34,757 nucleotides of DNA from a virus: IMG/VR virus record IMGVR_UViG_3300044939_000036, positions 1 to 34,757 of that record; one strand, 5' to 3'. The position numbers were made by a program, and so were the translations under genes. The notes beneath the pieces were generated by a model. It was not told where the DNA came from. It made no database searches and saw only the letters and a list, made by a program, of their open reading frames with translations. Positions 13,670 through 23,112 of the stretch are shown here, one piece after another; within the stretch, counting starts at the first letter, position 1, and each line of letters begins with the position of its first letter.

Positions 13670-14709
13670 GGCTCAGCCTTGATGTTGTGGTGTGCCAGTA
13701 GATGATCGCTGGAATCGCCGGTCCACACGAACGAGTCTTCGCAGGTGAACTGGATGACCCATGCGGGCCCGATATCCTCGACGCGCTCGACCACCGCGAC
13801 GGTCCATTCGCCTTCGCGCAGGTAGGCCAGCGCCTGGCCGACTGTGGCGGGCGCGAGCAGCGCACCACCGCCGGCGCGGCGCAGCGGCGCGGTGCGCGAG
13901 CAGGTCAGCGTGCGGCCATCGCCGAACACCACCCGGACGCACTCCACGCGCGTGCGGCGCAGGTGGGAAATCCGGCCCCAGCGGCCGTCTTCCAGCATGG
14001 CGTAGTCACCTTCCTGGGCATCCCGCCACCGGATCGGCACAGGCTCACCGTCTGCGCCACGGATCAGCAGCCAGGCATCTTCGCTCGGGCAGCGCGGCCC
14101 ACTGGCACCGCCGCCGCCGCCGACATCGCCGCCTCCTCCAGTCGTTCCGCCACTGCTGGACGCAAAGGTAACCGTGAGCCGGTCGATCAGGATCCGTCCA
14201 GCCGCTGCCATGCTGGCGACGCTATCTGTGGTGACGCCGAGCGTGCGGCTGCCTCCCTGCCAGTACGGATCATCGTAGTAGAGGTACACCGTGCGGACTT
14301 CGCCAGCCGTGCCGGTGATCTCGGCGCTGCTCGGCCCGTAGCTGATCTGTTTGTCGCCGACCTGCAGCACGCCGGCGGAGACGCTGATCGTGATTGTCGT
14401 GGAGTTGCCTGACCAGCTCAGCTGCGTTCCACTAATCCACCTGCTTGCGACGTTGCCTGCAACGACCGGAGGGAGACCTGTCGCGCTCGTCCTGGTTCCG
14501 TTCGGAACCTCGAACGTGATCGGCACCCATTCCGATGCGAGACCACCCGGCCCGATGGAACGGGCCTGGCCCTCATAGGTCACGCCACGGATCAGGCCGG
14601 GGATGGTGATGTTGGTCGCATCGGGCGGGTAGCGCCCAACCGACCATGGCTGGCCGCTGCCGGCCACGCGCCAGCGAACCTCAATGGAGAGCGTCGGCGT
14701 TCCCATCAA
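13666..14709 (-). CDS. Tail-tip protein: FN3-like N-terminus, central beta domain, Gly-rich linker, C-terminal Hint/BIL-like domain
   Basis: The FN3-like segment is TLSIEVRWRV..ITIPGLIRGVTYEGQARSIG..SEWVP. The linker is SSSGGTTGGGGDVGGGGGASGPR. After it come Cys207 (CPSEDAWLLIRGADGEPVPI..GDYAMLEDGRWGRI) and an ending ..FVWTGDSSDHLLAHHN-IKAEP. Confidence 0.75.
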   Translation of the reverse strand: MMGTPTLSIEVRWRVAGSGQPWSVGRYPPDATNITIPGLIRGVTYEGQARSIGPGGLASEWVPITFEVPNGTRTSATGLPPVVAGNVASRWISGTQLSWSGNSTTITISVSAGVLQVGDKQISYGPSSAEITGTAGEVRTVYLYYDDPYWQGGSRTLGVTTDSVASMAAAGRILIDRLTVTFASSSGGTTGGGGDVGGGGGASGPRCPSEDAWLLIRGADGEPVPIRWRDAQEGDYAMLEDGRWGRISHLRRTRVECVRVVFGDGRTLTCSRTAPLRRAGGGALLAPATVGQALAYLREGEWTVAVVERVEDIGPAWVIQFTCEDSFVWTGDSSDHLLAHHNIKAEP

Positions 14710-17261
14710 TACACCTCCATGTCTTGCCAGCGGTAGCCGATGTAGCCGCTGGAGCGCTCCACGCGCATGGTGACCTCAGGCGTGGTGGTGCCGACGTCGT
14801 TTGGCGTATCGTGGTACTGATCCGAGACGATCACCACGATGGTCGGCGGGTCGGGCGGCTCGCGGTAGGCCGTGCCACTCACCTCGCTGGTGATCGAGGC
14901 CGGCGGGTTGGCCCAATACGGCGCCACGCGCGCGTCATAGCGGACGGCCGTGATCGTTGCGGCCAGATCAGATGCAGGCTTGATGCCGGTAATCAGCAGC
15001 CGGGTGGTCACCCGCGTAGTCTCGCCGACCACCGCAACATCACCTGGCGCAACGCCGGACGGCATGCTGCCGAGGTAGAACGTGTCGGACTCCGGCGCAT
15101 GTGGCGTCGCGGCAACGACCACGCTGCTCAGATCGCTGCGGCGGATCTGCACGCTGTAGGACTTCGAGGCATCGGTGACGATGCGCTGGTCAAGAACCAG
15201 CGTCGCCGCCGTGCCATTCGGGCCACCGGCGGTCAGGCTGACAATGCGGCCAGTGCCTGCGCCCCATTCCGGCACGTCATGCGCGACGTCAACGCAGTCG
15301 CCGCGCGAGCAGCCGAGGTTCGCAATGTCAGTCTCCCAGCTATACACGTGCGGGCGGAACTTGGCCTGCGCGAGGTGGAACCTGCCGACGCGCCAGGCGG
15401 TGAACGCGTCGCAGGCCATCCGCAGCTCAAGCGTCTCGAACTCTTGCGGCTCCGGTGCCGTGCTCGCGTTGCCCCTGGCATCGACGCCACGGTAGCTGTA
15501 GCCGTCATCCAGCACCAGCACTTCGTCGATCTCCCAGTAGGCCTGCGGGTTGCGGAAGCGCACCTTCAGCGCGTGCGGAAGTCTGGAAAACACCCGGCTG
15601 ACCACAAAGTTGCGGCTGTCCTGCGGCGTGAACAGCATCGTCGGCAGCGTGCTGCCATCGTCGAAGATCACGCCGTAGCGGCCATCGCGCGTGCTCAGCG
15701 AGCCGAGCGCGCAGCCGAGCACCTCATCGAGCAGCGCCCGCGCCGTGGTGCGAGAATCCACCACGCCGCGCACCTTGAAGCCGTTGGCGTCGCAGAACTG
15801 CGCGAACGCGGTGAGGCTGGCAAGGTCGATCCGGCTGTCTGGCACGTGGACGCTGAGGGCAGGGCATGACCGCAGCAGCCATGCCGTCACCCAGGCCGGG
15901 TTGTAGTTCAACTGCGGCGCGCTCCATGTCTGCGTCGCCGGGTTATACACAGGCACCTTTTGATGCACCACGCAGCTCAACGTCTGCAGCGTGCCGTTCA
16001 GCTGCTCGCTGGCCTTGATGCGCATGCACAGCTTGACCGTGCCGGTTTTACTGGGGTTGGTCGGCCGAATGCTGCGCAGCACGGCCCAAACAGCATCGCC
16101 AATGCGGCTGCTGCTGTGGCTGCTGCCCCAGTTGGTGGTGCCGCGAGTGACGCGGACGTCATATTGCCCTGGCGTCACCGGCCACGCCACGCCGACCGCG
16201 AACGGCTTGCGGCTGCCAGATCGCACCTGTGCATTGGCCAGCGTGCCGCCACTCGGCACCAGCCCCGTGATGCGCGCGCCGGTGGTCGGGACGGGCGTCC
16301 AGGTGTTCGCACCGGCCGGGCTGTATTCGATTGTCAGATACGCCGTGACGGGCACCTCGTTGCCCTTGTCGTTCAGACCGAACAGGCCCTGCTGGAACAC
16401 CACGTCCAGGCTGATCTCGGTGACGTTCGGGCTGGTGGTGCGCACCACCTGCGCGCCGTCGTTCATCGCTGCACTGACTGCGACTTCGGCCACATCGCTG
16501 GTGTAGAGCGTCGGGGTCTTGGTGATTTCGTACTGCACGTCACTGAACGAGGAGATATCGGACTCCCCGATCTTGATGTCAGTGACCTGCATGTACACCG
16601 TCGGGTCGTTCGGCCCGCCGTAGTCATGGCCGAGGTCGAACATGAGCCGCTGATAGCTGGTATCGCCGAGCACCTCGCTGTACGGCGCGGCCGCATGCGG
16701 CGGGAACACTTTGCACTCGCCGAGCACCAGCGGGATCGGCCCATACGGCGAAACCTGATTACTGCTGCCGGTCAGCATGTTCCACCGGCCAGGCGCTTCC
16801 GATGACGCACTCCCTAGACTAGGGAGCTTGGGCGGAGGAATCAGCGCGTTGATGGCCAGCATCCCGACCAGGCTGATCGCGCTGGCAAGCCCTGCGCCAG
16901 ACAGTGCAAAGCTGCCGATCTCGAAGCTCACGCCAGACAGGTACGCGCCCGAGGCCACGCCCGCCGTAAAGACCGTCAGCGCGACCAGCGCCAGCGTGCG
17001 CAGGATCTTGCCGCCACCACGGCCACCTGCCGGCATGACCGTGCAGTAGATCGGCACCATCGACTTCGGCCTGACGCGGCCCCACAACTCGCGCGGCACC
17101 TCATGCCCGCCGATCTCGACCCGCAACGTGGCCGCGATCTCCGCGCCCTGCGCGATTTCGTCCAGCATCTGCTGGATGGTCTGGCCAGAACGCACGGCGA
17201 TGACGCCGGCGTCAGCGCTGAACGGGTGCGAGCGAAGGATCAGCGGAGACTCAGCCTGCAC
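14706..17261 (-). CDS. Host-specificity / tip-attachment protein J-like, with an N-terminal gpI-like segment (851 aa)
   Basis: GTG 17261 with GGAGG 8 nt upstream. The N-terminus has ..IYCTVMPAGGRGGGKILRTLALVALTVFTAG.. (gpI-like Gly run plus TM). It is followed by NQVSPYGPIPLVLGECKVFP and a long beta-rich body typical of J. Confidence 0.85.
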   Translation of the reverse strand: MQAESPLILRSHPFSADAGVIAVRSGQTIQQMLDEIAQGAEIAATLRVEIGGHEVPRELWGRVRPKSMVPIYCTVMPAGGRGGGKILRTLALVALTVFTAGVASGAYLSGVSFEIGSFALSGAGLASAISLVGMLAINALIPPPKLPSLGSASSEAPGRWNMLTGSSNQVSPYGPIPLVLGECKVFPPHAAAPYSEVLGDTSYQRLMFDLGHDYGGPNDPTVYMQVTDIKIGESDISSFSDVQYEITKTPTLYTSDVAEVAVSAAMNDGAQVVRTTSPNVTEISLDVVFQQGLFGLNDKGNEVPVTAYLTIEYSPAGANTWTPVPTTGARITGLVPSGGTLANAQVRSGSRKPFAVGVAWPVTPGQYDVRVTRGTTNWGSSHSSSRIGDAVWAVLRSIRPTNPSKTGTVKLCMRIKASEQLNGTLQTLSCVVHQKVPVYNPATQTWSAPQLNYNPAWVTAWLLRSCPALSVHVPDSRIDLASLTAFAQFCDANGFKVRGVVDSRTTARALLDEVLGCALGSLSTRDGRYGVIFDDGSTLPTMLFTPQDSRNFVVSRVFSRLPHALKVRFRNPQAYWEIDEVLVLDDGYSYRGVDARGNASTAPEPQEFETLELRMACDAFTAWRVGRFHLAQAKFRPHVYSWETDIANLGCSRGDCVDVAHDVPEWGAGTGRIVSLTAGGPNGTAATLVLDQRIVTDASKSYSVQIRRSDLSSVVVAATPHAPESDTFYLGSMPSGVAPGDVAVVGETTRVTTRLLITGIKPASDLAATITAVRYDARVAPYWANPPASITSEVSGTAYREPPDPPTIVVIVSDQYHDTPNDVGTTTPEVTMRVERSSGYIGYRWQDMEVY

Positions 17262-17679
17262 GGGCCACCTCCCCGCGATAGCGCCAGAAACCATCCACGC
17301 GGCGCTGCCAGATGCGGTCTGTCCAGCGGGCGATGCGTGACGTGCCGTCGTTCCCGCGCTCATCCGGCTGCGGCCAGTGCAGGAACTGACCTGGCCCGAC
17401 CACCAGCCCGACATGCCACGGCTTGCCGGCCAGCCGGAAGATCACCAGATCGAACGGCTGCGGATCGCCCACCTGCACGAAATCGCGGACCAGCCCATCG
17501 CGGATTGCGACACTGATCCCATCGCTGTCCATGGTGCCTGCGTAGCCTGCGCCGTAGTCCGGCAACTCGATGCCGCGCAGCTCGCGCAACACCATGCGTA
17601 CGCCGCCCCAGCAGTCCGCGCCCGTGCGGTCGCGGCCGTGATCGCGGAAGGGCAAGCCGATGAAATCTTCCAGCCTCAT
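17251..17679 (-). CDS. NlpC/P60 tail peptidase (gpK-like, without an MPN domain)
   Basis: Catalytic Cys block GADCWGGVRMVL and His block KPWHVGLVVG. The position between the L-like and J-like genes fits. Confidence 0.8.
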   Translation of the reverse strand: MRLEDFIGLPFRDHGRDRTGADCWGGVRMVLRELRGIELPDYGAGYAGTMDSDGISVAIRDGLVRDFVQVGDPQPFDLVIFRLAGKPWHVGLVVGPGQFLHWPQPDERGNDGTSRIARWTDRIWQRRVDGFWRYRGEVARAG

Positions 17680-18152
17680 ACGAACAGCCCCGGACTGGAC
17701 GTCGGCGTGTAGCTCTGCGCGGGCACGGCCTGGTTCAGGAAGTCTTCTTCGTAGCCAAGCGTCGCAGTGATCACCACCGCGTCATAGTCCACGCTCAGGA
17801 TCGAAAACTCGAACGGGCCCATCTCGACCGTATCCGGGCTGCTGGCCAGCACGATTTCAAGCGTGACTTGAGGGACGCCCGAATACTCATCCAGTGCTCG
17901 CGTCACTTCGCGGTCGATGTTGTCCACCCGCAACCGGGCGGTCGGCGCGGCGGCATCGGTGTCTTCCGGCAGCAGCACCTCGAACGGGTAGGGATAGAAC
18001 GTGCCCGATGCACGCACCAGCGGCTGCGTGTCGTTGACGCAGCGCAATGTCGGAAGGCCTGGCCCTGAGATGGTCAGGCAAGCCAGGAACACCTCGGCGG
18101 TTTCCCTGGCGATGATGGCGCGGGCGGCGGCGGCAGAAAGCTGTCTCGGCAT
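17676..18152 (-). CDS. Minor tail protein L-like (DUF1833-like)
   Basis: Position, plus the pattern ..FLACLTISGPGL..LRCVND..FYPYPFEVLLPEDTD. The start is chosen at ATG 18152. Confidence 0.65.
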   Translation of the reverse strand: MPRQLSAAAARAIIARETAEVFLACLTISGPGLPTLRCVNDTQPLVRASGTFYPYPFEVLLPEDTDAAAPTARLRVDNIDREVTRALDEYSGVPQVTLEIVLASSPDTVEMGPFEFSILSVDYDAVVITATLGYEEDFLNQAVPAQSYTPTSSPGLFV

Positions 18153-18153
18153 A

Positions 18154-18558
18154 TCAGGTCCCCAGCGGCGAAACATCCAGCGGGTAGTGGCCGAACACCT
18201 GCGTGTGCTGGATCAGGGAGACATCCACCATCCAGCCGCCGGTCTCACCCCAGGCCTGGTGCTTCGGGTAGTCGGCGAAGGTGTAGATCACCGGGTCGCG
18301 ATCCGGGTTGCGGAAGTCAATCCACTCAAACGGCAGAACACACTGCAAGGTGATCTCGTAGAAACCACGCAACACCTGAAGCTGCGCCGAGGAAAGCGCG
18401 AGCCGGAAGTTCACCAGCATCGGGACAGAGGTTGCCCGCCGTCTCGCCTTGAGCCCGATATCCATCTGCGACCGGATCACGTTGTCGAAGGCAGGCCTGT
18501 AGTCGATGCTTTCCAGCACCGGTCCAGGCACGCTGCTCGGCCATTTCGGATTAGCCAC
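18154..18558 (-). CDS. Minor tail protein M-like / distal tail protein
   Basis: Lies immediately after the tape measure gene. GTG start with GGGGGTGA as SD. 134 aa. Confidence 0.6.
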   Translation of the reverse strand: MANPKWPSSVPGPVLESIDYRPAFDNVIRSQMDIGLKARRRATSVPMLVNFRLALSSAQLQVLRGFYEITLQCVLPFEWIDFRNPDRDPVIYTFADYPKHQAWGETGGWMVDVSLIQHTQVFGHYPLDVSPLGT

Positions 18559-21310
18559 GCGTCACCCCCGCCGGAGAAAGCCCGAACCTGCTTGAAATTG
18601 CACGGCCGGTGGAGCCCATGCCGGCGATCTGCCTGTTCACCTCGCCAACAGCGGCATCGACGATCACCTTGACCAGCCGCGAGCCGTCGCCTGCCGTGCC
18701 TTCTTCGACGCGCGCCTGTGCGCCGCTGTGGTTTTCCACGATCACCGTCACGTCGCGGCCAGCGCCATGCGCCACCACGCCGAGCCGGCCATCCGGGCCG
18801 CGCGTCAGTGGCATGATCGCCTCTGGCCCGGCCTCACCCATCACGCCGAGCTGGCCGCCCTTGCCGAACGCAAACAGCGTCGGGCTGGCCACCACCTGAT
18901 TGGTGAAGGCCCCGCCGGCCGCAAACGCGGCAATCGTCGGGAACACCGCACCACGCGCGAACGCGCGGATGCCGGCCGTGTCGAATACGTTGCCCTTCGC
19001 GTTCGCCGTCGCAGGCGACACGCTCAGGCCGAGCTTTCCGAAGATCGACATCACAATCTTGCGCGCCATAAGCTCTGCGGCCATGCGCGCGATGCCCTGC
19101 ACGAAGCTGGACACCATGTCTCGGAATGCCTCTTTGAAGTTTTTGGCGCCCGTGGCCAGATCCGAGAAAAACCCGGTCAGCGCGTTGACCGCCTGATCCT
19201 GCGCCTGCATCTGCAGCTTACGCATCGACGCGGTGACATTGGCGATGTGCGTGTCAATGCCTGCGAGCCCTTCGACCGCCTGCTGGTATTCGGGCGTGCC
19301 AGGGGCCATTGACTCAAGCGCACGCTGCGCAGCATCCCGGTACTCGCGCAGCTGCTCCAGCGTCCGCTGCCGCAGCTCTTGCAGGCGACGCTCGCCTTCT
19401 TCCTGCCCAAGCAGACCGGCCTGCATCTGCGCGCCGATGCTCTGCTCTTGCGCGCTCAACCCGCCCACTGCGGCCGACACACGCGAGGCAATCGCATCCG
19501 CCTGCGCCTTGGCCACCAGCCGATCCACCAGGTTGCGCACCATCTCGGTGCCGGCCTCATCGCTTTCCTGCGCCAGCCGCTTGAACAGCTTTTCATACTC
19601 CGCCTCAAGCCGGAGACGGGCCGCCCGACCGGCGTCGCCATCGAGCTCGATCAGCTTGATCTTGACCTGGTCGAGCTGGTCGATCAGCTCATCGGTCGCC
19701 TTCTTTTCGAGATCAGCGTTGCGCTTCGCGACATCCGCGCGATCACGCTGCAGGATGGCGATCTGTTCCTCGAGCTTGATCCGCTTTCCCTTGTCGGTGG
19801 TGACCGCAAGCTCGTTCCTGGCCTGCTGGATCTGCAGGTCGATGGCCCGCTGCTGTAGCTCAGTCAGCGTGGCGTAGTATTTCTTGGTGCTGACCTCGCC
19901 GGCCTGATACAGGCGATCCAGGTCTGCGATGGCGCGGTTGACGGCATCGCGATCCAGCGCGTTCGACACCGCAATCGGCTTGCCTGGAGTGGGTGGCTGG
20001 ACACCGCCACCAGTCCCGCCTGAACTTGTTTTGCTGGTGGCCGCCTGCATGGCGGCAAGCGCCCGTTCTTCCTGTGCTTTCCGCGCATCGGCCAGCATGC
20101 GCTCAAGCCGCGCAATCTTTTCCATCGCCTCCTTGCGCGTCCTCGGGTCGTCACCGTAGGCGGGCCGATCGTCAATCACGCCTGCTGCTGACAAGCCGTA
20201 ATACGTGCCCGGAGCAAGCGCCTTGAAGACTCCATTGAGCCCATCATTGACGGCAACCCCGAAACCGCTCTTCCCAGCCCACCGCCTCTTGAGCCTGTCG
20301 ATTTCCTGCTCAATGCGAACCACGTCATCAGCCGCAGGGCCGGATTTTCTGGCCGCGAATTCCTCGGCCCAGAACTTCGTCACGCCGGCGACGGTCGATC
20401 CGAGCTTCACCAGGACACCGATTGCCTTTGATGCGCCATCGACAATCGCCAGGAACCCATCCTTGACTTCTTGCGAGGAAAGCACCTGCGCAAGCTCTGT
20501 AATGCTGGTCGCCAGCTGCGCCGATGCGCCTGAGGCGTTATCGGTGTCGGCAACGAGACTCAGCAGGGCATTGCGCAGCTCGGTCAGCGCGCCTTGCACA
20601 GTCTTCGGGAGCTTCTGGAAGTCGCTCTCGATGCTGCCGGCGGATTCCTCCAGCGCCGCCATGAAGTCCTGCGTGGAGATTTTGCCGGCGTTGACGTACT
20701 GGCGAACCTGACCGAACGAAATCCCGAAGTGATCCGCCAGCGCTTGCACCAAGCGCGGCGCTGTCTCGATGATGGTGTTGAATTCCTCGGCGCGGAGCGT
20801 CCCGCCCGCCAGCGCCTGCTGCAACTGGCGCAGGCCGTTTTCAGTGTCTTGCGCACTGGCGCCGCTGACGCGGAATGCTTTGCCAATGATATCGGTCAGG
20901 CGCAGGATGCGTTCCTGGCTCTGGCCTGTGGTCTGCGACAGCGAGGCGAACAGGTTGACCACCGATTGCCAGTCGGACTGACTGGCCTGCGCGATGCGGT
21001 AGGTCTCGGCGTAGGCCTGCTTGAATTCCTGCTGCGATTTTGTGACCAGCCTCAGGCGGCCGGCCAACATGTTGGCCTGATCGCTAGTGTCGGCGTACCA
21101 CTTCACCGCACGCAAGGCCGCGTAGGCGCTCAGAATGCCGGCGAGCTGCGTGCGGACAGACTTGAGGCTTTCCGCCCACCCGCTGCCAGGCGTGACCCGT
21201 GCGCTCTGCTGCTTGATCTTGTCAAGCTCGCCGCGCAGCAGGCCAAGCCCCTGCTTGATGTCTGCAAGGTCGGCGCTGATCCTGACGCGGAGTTCCGGGT
21301 TATTCGCCAT
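18551..21310 (-). CDS. Tail tape measure protein (919 aa)
   Basis: Long helical, Ala/Gln/Leu-rich protein directly downstream of the G/GT chaperone pair. Confidence 0.9.
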   Translation of the reverse strand: MANNPELRVRISADLADIKQGLGLLRGELDKIKQQSARVTPGSGWAESLKSVRTQLAGILSAYAALRAVKWYADTSDQANMLAGRLRLVTKSQQEFKQAYAETYRIAQASQSDWQSVVNLFASLSQTTGQSQERILRLTDIIGKAFRVSGASAQDTENGLRQLQQALAGGTLRAEEFNTIIETAPRLVQALADHFGISFGQVRQYVNAGKISTQDFMAALEESAGSIESDFQKLPKTVQGALTELRNALLSLVADTDNASGASAQLATSITELAQVLSSQEVKDGFLAIVDGASKAIGVLVKLGSTVAGVTKFWAEEFAARKSGPAADDVVRIEQEIDRLKRRWAGKSGFGVAVNDGLNGVFKALAPGTYYGLSAAGVIDDRPAYGDDPRTRKEAMEKIARLERMLADARKAQEERALAAMQAATSKTSSGGTGGGVQPPTPGKPIAVSNALDRDAVNRAIADLDRLYQAGEVSTKKYYATLTELQQRAIDLQIQQARNELAVTTDKGKRIKLEEQIAILQRDRADVAKRNADLEKKATDELIDQLDQVKIKLIELDGDAGRAARLRLEAEYEKLFKRLAQESDEAGTEMVRNLVDRLVAKAQADAIASRVSAAVGGLSAQEQSIGAQMQAGLLGQEEGERRLQELRQRTLEQLREYRDAAQRALESMAPGTPEYQQAVEGLAGIDTHIANVTASMRKLQMQAQDQAVNALTGFFSDLATGAKNFKEAFRDMVSSFVQGIARMAAELMARKIVMSIFGKLGLSVSPATANAKGNVFDTAGIRAFARGAVFPTIAAFAAGGAFTNQVVASPTLFAFGKGGQLGVMGEAGPEAIMPLTRGPDGRLGVVAHGAGRDVTVIVENHSGAQARVEEGTAGDGSRLVKVIVDAAVGEVNRQIAGMGSTGRAISSRFGLSPAGVTRG

Positions 21311-21578
21311 CTGCCAGCCCCTTGATTAGCTGTTCGAAGTCCTTCGTGTCGAACTGCGCGCTGCGCGCCGCGATGCAGGCGTTGATCTGAAGGCGGCGCT
21401 GACGCCGCGCTTCCGCCTCGCTCAACACTCGGAACATCCGGTACGGCATCGCCATGACCTCGCTCAGTGGATATCCTGCGCAGACAAGGCTGTGGATGGC
21501 GTCTGACCATCCCCATCGCTCGCTGAGGGCGCGCCCTGCAGGCCGGCCTTGATCTGGCCGACCTGCTGGCCGAAAAAA
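21300..21578 (-). CDS. -1 frame extension giving a gpGT-like fusion (slip site T TTT TTC at 21578-21572; T-frame stop at 21300-21302)
   Basis: The -1 frame is open from the heptamer to TAA 21300 (90 codons). It also contains an internal ATG at 21455 (51-aa ORF MAMPYRMFRVLSEAEARRQ..). Confidence 0.55.
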   Translation of the reverse strand, partial: FFRPAGRPDQGRPAGRALSERWGWSDAIHSLVCAGYPLSEVMAMPYRMFRVLSEAEARRQRRLQINACIAARSAQFDTKDFEQLIKGLADGE

Positions 21579-21907
21579 TCGAGGTTGAGCTTCACCACCT
21601 CCGCGATCAGGCGGATCAGGCCCGCGAGGTCGCGGGTCTGCTGCAGTGCGCTGCGCTCAATGCCTGTCGCCTCGGACAACGCATCCAGCAGCGGCTCGCC
21701 ATGCGAGGCCAGCAGCGCCAGCAGCACCGTCACGTCGCCGTCGATGGCTTGCTGGATCTGCTCCACCGCAGGCAGCAACTGCTGCAACGGCTTGCTGATC
21801 GCGATGATCTGGTGCACGGTGAGAGGGCGAACCTCAACGGCTCGCCCGTCGAACTGAACGACCGCCACCTCCTGGACGAACGCCTGGCTGTCGTCAGTCA
21901 TGCTCAC
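21464..21907 (-). CDS. Tail assembly chaperone (gpG-like)
   Basis: 147-aa acidic protein between the major tail and tape measure genes. Carries the slippery heptamer at codons 110-112. Confidence 0.75.
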   Translation of the reverse strand: MSMTDDSQAFVQEVAVVQFDGRAVEVRPLTVHQIIAISKPLQQLLPAVEQIQQAIDGDVTVLLALLASHGEPLLDALSEATGIERSALQQTRDLAGLIRLIAEVVKLNLDFFGQQVGQIKAGLQGAPSASDGDGQTPSTALSAQDIH

Positions 21908-22659
21908 GCCTCATTTTCCCAGGTGAAGTACTGGCTCAGGCCGGCGCCGACTCGAGTGGTATCCGGCAGCAGCGAGCCGCTGACCTCGCCAGAGGCGAAA
22001 TCCTGGCCAATCAGCGCCAGATCCTTGATGATGCCGCCGCTGACCTTGAAGCAGCGCACGCGCACGCGCTTACCACTCTGCGCTTCGTTCAGGCCGACGA
22101 ACACCAGCTCGTACTGCTTGCCGCTGGAGATCAGCGCCTCGACCTTGTTCTGCGCCTTGTAGCTGTAGGTCACCTTGAGGTTGGCCGCCCCGCCGGTGGG
22201 GTTGGCAATCGTGCTGGTGTCCGGGATGTAGAGCATCCCATCGCGCAGTTCATAGTCTGTGCCGGCGGTGTAGGTAGGCGTCCCAGAGTATGCCTTCACC
22301 GTGGTGATGGCATCGGCGATTTTGGCCAGCGCGGCATAGCCGCCCTTGTAGGCGACCACCGCCTCATCGGTCACGGTGCCCGCCGTTGCCGAGGTGGCCT
22401 GTGCACGCAGGCCCATGGCGAACTGAGAGGAGGAAAAATCGTGGAACGTCAGGCTGAGGTCAACGCCCGCCACCCGGCGCACCTCAGCGCGCTGGTTGCC
22501 GCCCGGCTGGGTGTAGTCCAGCAGTGTCTTGACGTCTTCTTTTGGCGACAGCGAGAGCGCCGAGCAGTTGCCGAGCGTGACCAGGGGCGCAGCGCTGCCG
22601 TACTCCCGGATCAGGATCGAGCCGCTGCCGATGTAGCTGTAGTCGGTGGAGGGGATCAT
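21904..22659 (-). CDS. Major tail tube protein
   Basis: 251-aa beta-rich protein directly upstream of the chaperone pair. Confidence 0.75.
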   Translation of the reverse strand: MIPSTDYSYIGSGSILIREYGSAAPLVTLGNCSALSLSPKEDVKTLLDYTQPGGNQRAEVRRVAGVDLSLTFHDFSSSQFAMGLRAQATSATAGTVTDEAVVAYKGGYAALAKIADAITTVKAYSGTPTYTAGTDYELRDGMLYIPDTSTIANPTGGAANLKVTYSYKAQNKVEALISSGKQYELVFVGLNEAQSGKRVRVRCFKVSGGIIKDLALIGQDFASGEVSGSLLPDTTRVGAGLSQYFTWENEA

Positions 22660-22668
22660 GTCTGCTCC

Positions 22669-23112
22669 TTAGCGGTTGGTGATATGTGCGGAATAGCGCA
22701 CCACGGCGCCGATCCATTGCATGCCCTCAGCGGGCGGGATGACCTGCGCCTCGGCGAAGGTCGGGAACTGAGTACCTTGCGGAAGCAGCGGCAGCAGCGC
22801 CTGCCGATCCGCCATGCGCTCGGTGATGTCCGCGATGAGCGCGTGCAGGTTGTGCTGTGCGTCCGAGAAACCGGCCTTGACCTTGGCGTAGATGCCGAAC
22901 TTGACCAGCACACCAACCGTGCGCAACGCTGGCATCTCCGCGCCTGTCACCGTCTCAAGCGCAACCGCCATGGCCAGTTGCGCATCGTCGCGGATCTGCG
23001 CCGGCTCAAGCGTGACGTGCAGCCCGACGTCAGTACGGAATCCGGCATCCACCCGGATGCCCGCAAGGTGGGCGGCGACCTGCTCAAGCAATGTCCACGT
23101 GCGCGGCGTCAT
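22669..23112 (-). CDS. Tail terminator / tail completion protein (by position)
   Basis: 147 aa, immediately upstream of the major tail gene. Confidence 0.5.
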   Translation of the reverse strand: MTPRTWTLLEQVAAHLAGIRVDAGFRTDVGLHVTLEPAQIRDDAQLAMAVALETVTGAEMPALRTVGVLVKFGIYAKVKAGFSDAQHNLHALIADITERMADRQALLPLLPQGTQFPTFAEAQVIPPAEGMQWIGAVVRYSAHITNR

